Virus record (IMG/VR): IMGVR_UViG_3300043444_000523
Coordinates: 32,001-96,000 of that record
Origin: a virus
Direction: 5' to 3' (one strand)
Length of the DNA stretch: 64,000 bases
Within the stretch, counting starts at the first letter, position 1; every line of letters starts with the position of its first letter. Under the pieces are notes generated by a model. That model was not told where the DNA came from, did no database searches, and was given only the letters and a program-made list of their open reading frames with translations. A program made the translations under genes and the position numbers. Below, in pieces: positions 56,055 to 64,000 of this stretch.

Positions 56055-56629
56055 CAAAGGAGCATGACATGACTCTTTCGGAACTTGCCAACGACCCCAA
56101 GGCCATGTCCGCGTTCATGGGCTGGAATTGGGAAACACAAACAAGGAAGGGCAGGGCGTATTGTGGATACCGAGGCTGGACACGAGACAAAGATGTCGAA
56201 CTGACCGCCGAGGAAGTATTCCAAGAGCGATGGAAGGAATACATCGCCAGCATCAGTCCAAGGGTTCAAGAGCAGACCCATCTCAGGATGGTCCATGAGT
56301 GCCTGCGAGACGGGCTTGGCCTGAAGGGGAAGGCTTCTCGTGACTCAGTGGCCGAGCGCATCAAGATAGCAATCAAACGCTGGCCCGATCTTTACTCACC
56401 ATTCGAGGAAGAGAGCCATGTTGACGAGAACCAACTATGTGCGGTGTCGTGAGTGCGGCTGCGGCCTGACTTGGATCGAGATTGCATATGGGAAGTTGGG
56501 CGACGAAATCTGTGGCCGATGTTTAATCGAGCGTCGGCAACAATCTTGCGATCACAACGAGATGATCAAAAACAACACAACCCATGCTTGGCGCTGTGCC
56601 AGATGTGGGTACGTCTACGGAGAAACGAA

Positions 56630-57259
56630 ATGCGAACAGAAACCATAGTTCGTAACCTGTACAAGTTTGATGAACTTTCGGACAAGGCCAAAGAGAAGGC
56701 CAGAGATCGGTATCGAGAATCCGGGATTCACGACGAATGGTGGGACAGTGTTTACGAAGATGCCGAAGAGATTGCCAAACTGCTTGGCATCGAGATTCGG
56801 CAACTACCAATCAAGACTCTGGGCGGCAAAATCAGATACGAACCGGCGATCTACTTCAGGGGATTCAGTTCGCAAGGCAACGGCGCATGCTTCGAGGGCA
56901 CATACCGATACCGCAAAGGAAGTGTGGCGGCAATTAAGGATTATGCACCCCAAGACGAGACGCTGCATCGCATTGCCAAGACTCTTCAGGAAGAACAGAA
57001 GAAGTCGTGGTACAGGCTCAGTGCGAAGATTACGCATCGCGGCAACTACTGCCATTCGTACAGCATGGACATTGAGGTTGACTCCGATCATCCACGAGAC
57101 TTTGACGCCGAACCAATTCGGAAGTGCATGAGAGACTTCGCCGATTGGATTTATGAGCGTCTTGAAGAAGAGTACGACTACCTGAACTCTGACGAGGCCG
57201 TTGACGAAAGCATCACGGCCAACGATTACGAATTCACCAAGAGTGGAGAGCTAGCATGA
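56630..57259 (+). CDS. Conserved phage hypothetical
   Basis: Y.FDELS..AKE.A...YF.GFSSQG.GACF...ANDYEFT..G. Confidence 0.7.
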   Translation: MRTETIVRNLYKFDELSDKAKEKARDRYRESGIHDEWWDSVYEDAEEIAKLLGIEIRQLPIKTLGGKIRYEPAIYFRGFSSQGNGACFEGTYRYRKGSVAAIKDYAPQDETLHRIAKTLQEEQKKSWYRLSAKITHRGNYCHSYSMDIEVDSDHPRDFDAEPIRKCMRDFADWIYERLEEEYDYLNSDEAVDESITANDYEFTKSGELA

Positions 57260-57615
57260 GATTCCCACGATACGGGGCCGCATTCGAGTACATCTCGTTT
57301 GAAGACCTGCTGAAACTTTGCCGAGAGACGATGGACTTTCACGCCAGAGTTGAGGAGTGCAACGGCGTGTTCGTCGAAGTGGCCCGATGGAAACACTTTG
57401 CCGACGAATACGACGGCAAGCAAGGCGTCTGGATGCGATTCGCCTACTTCCACTGCGAAGGCGGCGAGCATCTTTCGAGAGAGATTCGGGAGTTGTCTAC
57501 TCCCGACATGGTATCGGCGCATGAGACTGCCGAGTACATTGCCGGAATGATCAACGCGGCATCGAAGAGTCGAAGCACGCGGATCATTCACGGGATGCCA
57601 AACTGGAAGGACTGA
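57256..57615 (+). CDS. Hypothetical protein
   Basis: Coupled ATGA overlap. Confidence 0.55.
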   Translation: MRFPRYGAAFEYISFEDLLKLCRETMDFHARVEECNGVFVEVARWKHFADEYDGKQGVWMRFAYFHCEGGEHLSREIRELSTPDMVSAHETAEYIAGMINAASKSRSTRIIHGMPNWKD

Positions 57616-57850
57616 AAATGTTCGTTCTGCTCGAAATGAGCGGCCTCGACATCATTAGCGTCCGCGTGTTCAAACGAGTGTCGGACGCAGTTTCTGTATT
57701 CGAATCGTGCGCCGCCGATAACGGCGTTTACGAAGAACCTATGTCCAGCCACGAAGCACCTGGAACTATCCGTGTTGCTGGCGACGATACTTACTTCGTC
57801 CAATTGATTGAGACCGATGTTATCAACTCCATCAAACCACGGAGGCAGTC

Positions 57851-58342
57851 ATGCTGACCATCAAGTATTACGGCGTGGAAGGCTCTGGCCGCACTGTGAC
57901 CGAGGCCAAGAAGGACGCCGGGCGAAAGATCGAAATCGCCCTTGCTGGCGACTACAACCCGGTTATCATCGTTTGGCGGAAGCACGCCTACCTGATCTAT
58001 CGTGATCCGACTGTTGGCTGGCGTGATCGGCTGATATGCGATGAAGATGGAGTCCGAGACGGGACTGTGTTTGGCAGTTTCGGCGGCGACAGCATGGACA
58101 AGGAGTATGTCATTGCCGAGGCCAAGAAACATTTGGCCAAGCTTGGCTGGGAAGAAGTCGATGGGCAAGAGATTCCTTCGATTCTGCCATTCTGCCATCA
58201 CAGAGGTTGGAGGGACTGGACTGAGTTTCAGCTTCGGTACAGAGAGGCCATACGTCGCGGAATGAACGACAATGACGCACACAGTTACGCCGGGAGAAAC
58301 CCGTCAAGGCCGGAACTGTGGCAAGAGGAGGCAAAAGTATGA
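57851..58342 (+). CDS. Hypothetical protein
   Basis: GGAGG RBS. Confidence 0.6.
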   Translation: MLTIKYYGVEGSGRTVTEAKKDAGRKIEIALAGDYNPVIIVWRKHAYLIYRDPTVGWRDRLICDEDGVRDGTVFGSFGGDSMDKEYVIAEAKKHLAKLGWEEVDGQEIPSILPFCHHRGWRDWTEFQLRYREAIRRGMNDNDAHSYAGRNPSRPELWQEEAKV

Positions 58343-58607
58343 TTAGTGACGTTCTTTCAGATGCGTGCCATCAAATCGGGTCGTATCGTTCGCATGAAGG
58401 CACGCAAGCGTGCTACGTCGATCATGCAAGAGCACTCGATGGCCTCGTGGCCATCATGGACAATGCGAGAAAGTTCCTTGATTCGCCGTATCCATTGGCA
58501 AGAAATCTGCTTTCTGCGGAACTGCTTCGGCAAGTTGCCGACGCACTGGACAACGAAGAACTTCCGATGCCAAAGGCCGATCTATTTTAATAACCAGGAG
58601 AATTGTC

Positions 58608-58850
58608 ATGCGTACCGAAAACGGATGGGTGATTGACGAAAACAACAACCGGGCGTCTCTTGAAAAGTGGGGCAGCGAAGAAGCGGCGGCAAATATACTG
58701 GCCACTTTAACCGGCTGCTCCGGCTGCTCCGACTGCTCTGGCTGCTCTGGCAAAAAGAACGAAAAGTTGGAATCTCCAATTCCGGTCATTGAAGACATTC
58801 ACAAGAAACTTGCTGACGCCATGATTATTTTAACCAAGGAGAACCCATGA
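58608..58850 (+). CDS. Small protein with a CSG/CSD tripeptide repeat
   Basis: AGGAG RBS; 9-nt tandem repeat at about 58711-58750. Confidence 0.55.
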   Translation: MRTENGWVIDENNNRASLEKWGSEEAAANILATLTGCSGCSDCSGCSGKKNEKLESPIPVIEDIHKKLADAMIILTKENP

Positions 58851-59141
58851 TTTCTGACGCTGGCAGTGTTCGGCTATGCACTGATTCGCTCGACATTTTC
58901 TTGCCTAACGGCAAGGGAGACGGGCAGTGCGGAGTCGTGATCGGCGAAGAACCGCCTAATGATTTCCGTGCCTACCTGGGCATGTTCATCATCCGCACAT
59001 CAGGTTTCATCGCGTACTACGATTGTGAACGGAAGCCGATTGACCGAGAGCCACTTGGACCGGGGCGTTACCATGCCTGGAACAACCGGGCCGGTACGGT
59101 GTACATCAAAAAGTCCGACGACAACCTTATGGAGTGAGAAC

Positions 59142-59576
59142 ATGAATAAGGCCGACTTAGCCGCGACTAGGGATTCAGTCGATGAGGCAACACGCGCCGC
59201 AACGAACTTTTCAATCCACGATACGCCTGGAAGCGACATGGCTGGCAGTGGACAGCAAGAGGGCGTGAAGCATACGCCATTGCCGTGGGAAATATCAAAA
59301 CACGGGACGCCAGAATGTCATCCGCAATTCGGGCTCTACGCCGAAGGATGCCACAGAGACCATGTGATTGTGAAAGGCGACAATCCCAAAGAAGACGCCG
59401 AGTTTATCTGCCGCGCCGTCAATTCGTTCAAAAGCCTGTTGGCGGCACTAGAAGAGTGCATAACAGATGAAGGCGCAGTCGCATACAACAGGCCAGACCG
59501 CTACGGGCGAGAACGTCTGGACGCGATAAGTGACCTTGCCCGTGCCGCCATCGCCAAAGCGACAGTTAAACCATGA
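59142..59576 (+). CDS. Hypothetical phage protein (KHTP.PW motif)
   Basis: RBS, common phage motif. Confidence 0.6.
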   Translation: MNKADLAATRDSVDEATRAATNFSIHDTPGSDMAGSGQQEGVKHTPLPWEISKHGTPECHPQFGLYAEGCHRDHVIVKGDNPKEDAEFICRAVNSFKSLLAALEECITDEGAVAYNRPDRYGRERLDAISDLARAAIAKATVKP

Positions 59577-59800
59577 AAGGAGACCCTCATGCAGTTTGAG
59601 CACAAGAAGGGCGATAGGTACATAATCATCGGTTACTACTACAACACCGGCATCAAGTTTCGGCTCGTCCGATTCAATCCATACTCTGCGCTGGCCATCA
59701 ATCTTTGGCGAGGCAAGGTATGGCAGATGAGGGGCAAGAGGCGGACTCTTGTGAAGGAAGTCTGGAACTAATTACCACCTACAAAACGGGAGTACATGAA

Positions 59801-61315
59801 ATGTCGGCACTTATCGATAAATTCAAAGCAGCCAGAAGGGCTTCTGCCCCGTTGATTGCGATCACCACGCCGGACTATCCGGCAACGGAGAGAAACATCT
59901 GCGCATGCATGAACGGAGTCCATAAGATTCGATGGGACATCATTCGAGGATATGGCGCACTCAACGACGAAGGCCGAGAGGCGATGGAGAAAATCGGCCT
60001 TGATTCAGAGAATGTTGTCGCGCGAACCGGGAACCCAGCAGAGGCTTTGTCTCTGGCACTTGAACTCCCTGAAGACTCTGTTCTGTTCTTTCACAATGCA
60101 CAACGGTACTTACAGAATGAGGCCGTGTGTCAGGCGATCTTGAACTTACGAGACCCGTTCAAGAATCCTCGCCGGACTCTGGTAATGCTGGCCGTGGACA
60201 TTTCGCTTCCATCGGAGTTGTCCCAGGACGTTTTGGTTCTTGACGAGCCATTGCCGGATCGTGAGCGGCTGAAGGCAATTGCCTTGGACTGCTACAAGTC
60301 GATCAACACCGAGCTCGACAACAAGAAGATGCCGAAGCTGCCTGATCCAGACAAGGACGCTCTTGAGTTGATTGCAGACTCTCTTGTCGGGCTCTCTGAA
60401 TTCCCATCGGAGCAGATCGTGTCCATGAGCCTGAGCAAGTCTGGCATGGATACGCCGTCTCTGTGGGAGAGGAAGTACAAGACGATTGAGCAGACTCCAG
60501 GCTTGAAGGTTAATCGCAGCAAAGAGACTTTTGAAGACATCAGCGGCATGGACCAGATCAAGAAGCGAATGCAGCGTGTCTTCAAGGGGCTGAAACGATG
60601 GAGATGCATCTTCTGGATGGATGAAGTCGAGAAGATGCTTGCTGGTGCTACTGGGGCGATTGGAGACAGTTCAGGAACAAGCCAGTATGGCCTTGGGAAA
60701 ATCCTGACCGAGATGCAGGAAAACCAGTGGGACGGAATCATTGGCGTTGGCCCAGGTGGAAGCGGCAAGAGCCTGTTGGCCAAAGCCCTTGGCAACACAT
60801 TTGAGATACCGACGTTTATCTTTGATATTGGAGCAACACAAGCATCGCTCGTAGGTCAGAGCCAAGCCAATATCAATGCGGCCATGAAAGTCGCCAAAGC
60901 GATGGCTGGCGACGGTGTGTTTTGGGTTGCCACATGCAACAAGATCGAATCTCTTCCGCCTGAACTGAAGCGTAGATTCTCAAAAGGAATCTATTACTTC
61001 GACATTCCCGACGATGAAGAGAAGTCGCTTCTTTGGAAGATGTACATCAAGAAGTACAACCTGCCGGAGCAGAAGATTCCAAGCGACGAAGGCTGGACTG
61101 CGGCAAACGTGGCTTCGTGCTGCCGAAGCGCGTGGGAAGAACAGTGTTCGCTTTTGGAAGCCGGTGAGTCCATCATTCCGATCACCAAGAGCGACCCGGA
61201 AGGGCTGGCGAAACTGCGAACGATGGCCAATGGGAGGTTCTTGAGTGTCAACCGGCCAGGAGCGTACTCTATGGCCAAGACCGAGAAGAAGTCCAACCGT
61301 AAAATCGAAGTATAA
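59801..61315 (+). CDS. Ycf46-like AAA+ ATPase with rearranged Walker motifs
   Basis: IFWMDEVEK precedes GPGGSGKS; VATCN sensor 1; LPPELKRRF arginine finger. Confidence 0.85.
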   Translation: MSALIDKFKAARRASAPLIAITTPDYPATERNICACMNGVHKIRWDIIRGYGALNDEGREAMEKIGLDSENVVARTGNPAEALSLALELPEDSVLFFHNAQRYLQNEAVCQAILNLRDPFKNPRRTLVMLAVDISLPSELSQDVLVLDEPLPDRERLKAIALDCYKSINTELDNKKMPKLPDPDKDALELIADSLVGLSEFPSEQIVSMSLSKSGMDTPSLWERKYKTIEQTPGLKVNRSKETFEDISGMDQIKKRMQRVFKGLKRWRCIFWMDEVEKMLAGATGAIGDSSGTSQYGLGKILTEMQENQWDGIIGVGPGGSGKSLLAKALGNTFEIPTFIFDIGATQASLVGQSQANINAAMKVAKAMAGDGVFWVATCNKIESLPPELKRRFSKGIYYFDIPDDEEKSLLWKMYIKKYNLPEQKIPSDEGWTAANVASCCRSAWEEQCSLLEAGESIIPITKSDPEGLAKLRTMANGRFLSVNRPGAYSMAKTEKKSNRKIEV

Positions 61316-61324
61316 GGAGAACCC

Positions 61325-61639
61325 ATGCCTTGCTGGACAATTCAGACAAACACGCTTGACCTGAAAGTGGCCAACAAAGGGCTACTTGGGAAAGCACTTG
61401 AATCGCTTGGGTACAAGCCGACAATGCTACAAGACGGCTCTCTCGTGTTCATGCACGAAGGGCGACAGGTCAAGATCATGGACGGGAAGATCGAGGTTCC
61501 TGTTGGCAAAGAGAGCATCGTTGACAAAATCAAAGCAGCCTACTCAACCGAAGTCCTGAAGTACGCCTCGCAGAAATTCGGATGGTCCATGACCAAGGGC
61601 AAGAAAGAGAACACCTACAACATATCCAGGAGGTTCTAA
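61325..61639 (+). CDS. DUF1257/Ycf35-like protein
   Basis: L.KALESLGY...IKAAYS...A.KFGW; synteny with the AAA gene. Confidence 0.6.
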   Translation: MPCWTIQTNTLDLKVANKGLLGKALESLGYKPTMLQDGSLVFMHEGRQVKIMDGKIEVPVGKESIVDKIKAAYSTEVLKYASQKFGWSMTKGKKENTYNISRRF

Positions 61640-61851
61640 TGTTTGGCAAGATTGACGTGATGGAGTGTGAGATTCTCGCGGACGGAACGATCAAGACGGC
61701 AACTGATTCTGTGTCGCCAGCAAACCACAGATCAGCCGATGAGTTCTTGGAAATGATCACCAAGCTGACTGGCGGCGCTGTCGCCAACATTAGGAAGCCA
61801 GGCCACGAAGGCCACTTGCATCAACATGGCGGAGTCTGGCATAAGCATTGA
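61639..61851 (+). CDS. DUF2997-like small protein
   Basis: EILADGTIK motif; synteny. Confidence 0.55.
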   Translation: MFGKIDVMECEILADGTIKTATDSVSPANHRSADEFLEMITKLTGGAVANIRKPGHEGHLHQHGGVWHKH

Positions 61852-61899
61852 ACTAAAGCCGTGTTGGCTTTAGATGTTGTTAGTTGTTTCTAAACGGGA

Positions 61900-62796
61900 G
61901 TGCTGGAAATGACTGGATCAATTGCGGAAAACTCGATTTGTCTGGCACTTGATGTCAAGTGCATAGGCAACAGCCGAAAACTTCGTGACGACCAGATCGA
62001 AGTTGAGGCCGACAAGGAAATGATCAAAGCGGCCAAGAAGCTGCTTGATGCGCCAGAACTTGACGCGATCAAGTCTCTGGATGCCGAGATGCGGAATTGG
62101 CTTGGCAAGCGGGCATTGCCAAGCATGTTCAAGAGCGGCATCTACCTGATCCCAATATCCCTGGTGCAAGACGTTGATGCGAAACTGCAAGAGTACCAGG
62201 AGAATCGATCTGGGAAAGTGCAGTCCTTCGTTTCGTCATACGAGAGGATCAAGGCCGACGCACAGCAGCGTCTCAATGGGGTCTACAATGAAAAGGACTA
62301 CCCAAGCGCCGAGAAGGTCGAACAGCTTTTCAGTGTCAAGTCAAGTTATGTGACGTTCGGCACACCGGCTGCACTTCAGCAAATCTCATCTTCTCTATGG
62401 GAGAGAGAGAAAGAAAAGGCCGAAAAGCAGTGGAAAGAGGCCGGAGAAGAAATCCGCATCGTCCTTCGTGAAAGCATGAAGAAGCTGGTCGATCACATGG
62501 TCGAACGGCTTGCAAGCACGGAAGACGGCAAGCCGAAGATTTTCCGAGACTCTCTGATTGGTAACATGCAAGAGTTCTTAGAACTGTTCAATGCACGGAA
62601 CATCACCGGAGACGCCGAACTTGAGGAATTGGCCAACAAAGCCAAGGCTATCATGAAAGGCGCTGACCCGTCCAAGATTCGCGCCAGCACGGACACGAGA
62701 GAGACCATCAAGAACGCCTTTGAATCTATCAAAGCCAATCTCGACACGATGGTCATTGATCGGCCATCTCGACAAATCAAGATCGATGACGAGTGA
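61900..62796 (+). CDS. DUF3150-like helical protein
   Basis: GIYLIP...YN..DYPS....F...IFRDS pattern. Confidence 0.6.
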   Translation: MLEMTGSIAENSICLALDVKCIGNSRKLRDDQIEVEADKEMIKAAKKLLDAPELDAIKSLDAEMRNWLGKRALPSMFKSGIYLIPISLVQDVDAKLQEYQENRSGKVQSFVSSYERIKADAQQRLNGVYNEKDYPSAEKVEQLFSVKSSYVTFGTPAALQQISSSLWEREKEKAEKQWKEAGEEIRIVLRESMKKLVDHMVERLASTEDGKPKIFRDSLIGNMQEFLELFNARNITGDAELEELANKAKAIMKGADPSKIRASTDTRETIKNAFESIKANLDTMVIDRPSRQIKIDDE

Positions 62797-62879
62797 AAGC
62801 TCCGCCGCGTAGGCGTACTCCCGGCTTGCGCGGTGCTTGTGGCCGCGCAAGTTTTTCTTGTTTACTAACTGGAGAACAA

Positions 62880-63860
62880 ATGATTAAAACTTCAAAATCA
62901 CTGGCAAACAAGTTCAGGTCTACGGCCGAAAGGCTTATCGAAAAGATCGAACACTTACGCCGACCAATGACTCAGAACTCCACGCCAAAGAGACAGAAAG
63001 AGTATTCGAGCAGGATCATCGATGCTGACAACCTTGACCGATGCCGGTTGGCGCTTCTTGCATTGGCCTCTGCATGGGACAAAGGGGAAGTCCCATACGT
63101 CCTTGAAGGCGTGAAGACCAAAAATGAGGTCTTTGGTTTTGTTCGGCATGGGACAGAATCAAGAGGGTATTACAGCATCTACTCGACGCATAAATACGTC
63201 GATCAGACCGAGGCTGGTAAAGCAATACAATCCATGCTTGAGAAGTACATCGGTGAGAATGATGCCGATAGACAAGAAGCAATCAAGAAAGAGCGACAAA
63301 TCAGTCGGCTTATCGACAAGGTTCGATTTGCCGATATTCCTTCGTTCTTCCCAACTCCGCTCAGCGTCATCAATCTGATGCTCAAGGGAGCGGGTATTTC
63401 TCCAGGAATGAAAGTCCTTGAGCCATCGGCAGGCATAGGGAGCATCGTTGACGAAATATCCAAGATCGTCGGGGAAGGAAACATCACAGCAGTTGAGAAG
63501 GTTCAATGCCTTGTGGACGTTCTCAACACGAAGGGGAATTGCAAAGTTGTTTGTGATGACTTCCTTACCGTTGATGGTCTTGGCCTGTTTGACAGGATCG
63601 TCATGAATCCTCCTTTCGAGAACATGCAAGACATAAGCCATGTAATGAGGGCATGGGAGATGCTTTCAAGTGATGGAATTCTTGTCTCAATCATGTCGGC
63701 ATCACCGTTTTTTAGGTCAAACACTGCCGCCGAGACATTCAGGAATTTCCTTGAAGCGAATTACGCTACTGTTGTCGATCTCCCTCAAGATTCATTCAAA
63801 GGTGGAGGCGTATTCAGGACTACTGGCGTTTCTTGCAAGATGATCGTTCTGAGGAAGTAA
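62880..63860 (+). CDS. N6-adenine methyltransferase-like protein
   Basis: FFPTP, VLEPSAGIG, IVMNPPF. Confidence 0.85.
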   Translation: MIKTSKSLANKFRSTAERLIEKIEHLRRPMTQNSTPKRQKEYSSRIIDADNLDRCRLALLALASAWDKGEVPYVLEGVKTKNEVFGFVRHGTESRGYYSIYSTHKYVDQTEAGKAIQSMLEKYIGENDADRQEAIKKERQISRLIDKVRFADIPSFFPTPLSVINLMLKGAGISPGMKVLEPSAGIGSIVDEISKIVGEGNITAVEKVQCLVDVLNTKGNCKVVCDDFLTVDGLGLFDRIVMNPPFENMQDISHVMRAWEMLSSDGILVSIMSASPFFRSNTAAETFRNFLEANYATVVDLPQDSFKGGGVFRTTGVSCKMIVLRK

Positions 63861-63907
63861 ACGCCGAAAGGCACTGCGCCTGACAGGTTTCAGGCAGGAG
63901 AAGCGAA

Positions 63908-64000
63908 ATGAATCTTTTGCCAGTGAATCTTGGGCCACTTGCCGACCTGACATCGGAAGCAGGGAAGTTTGCACTGTCTGGAGTTCGTATCGAATTCAAG
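63908..64000 (+). CDS. Partial ORF, possibly sliding-clamp-like N-terminus
   Basis: AGGAG RBS; KFALSGVRIE. Confidence 0.35.
   Translation, partial: MNLLPVNLGPLADLTSEAGKFALSGVRIEFK

Noticed and set aside
1-64000. Stop-codon reassignment suggested by odd tRNAs
   Set aside because: Recognisable genes are uninterrupted in the standard code and end in TAA, TAG and TGA

Overview
The window is part of a tailed dsDNA phage genome with a siphovirus-like morphogenesis module. The host is probably Planctomycetota, inferred from the ClpC N-domain sequence and the IS remnant. 1-20.5 kb (minus strand) is the tail and head module: tape-measure-like gene, G/GT chaperone with a -1 frameshift, tail tube, adaptors, major capsid protein, scaffold, a 1,470-aa protease polyprotein, a ParB-like gene and a 1,479-aa portal with a C-terminal zincin. 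21-29 kb carries modification enzymes, an intact IS605-type element and a second, orphan tnpB bracketed by a perfect 24-bp inverted repeat. 29-31 kb holds a circularly permuted tRNA-like RNA and terL; the terL 3' end is duplicated in inverted orientation. 31-46 kb (minus strand) carries terS, two sigma-70-like genes, and a ClpC N-domain fused to two copies of a major-capsid domain; a tRNA-Thr lies on the plus strand here. 46-64 kb (plus strand) is small early-type genes, two more tRNA-like RNAs, a DUF550-like pyrophosphatase, an AAA ATPase with Walker B before Walker A, and a methyltransferase. A 23-bp palindrome occurs at least 10 times across the window. All family assignments are by eye from motifs; no database searches were run.
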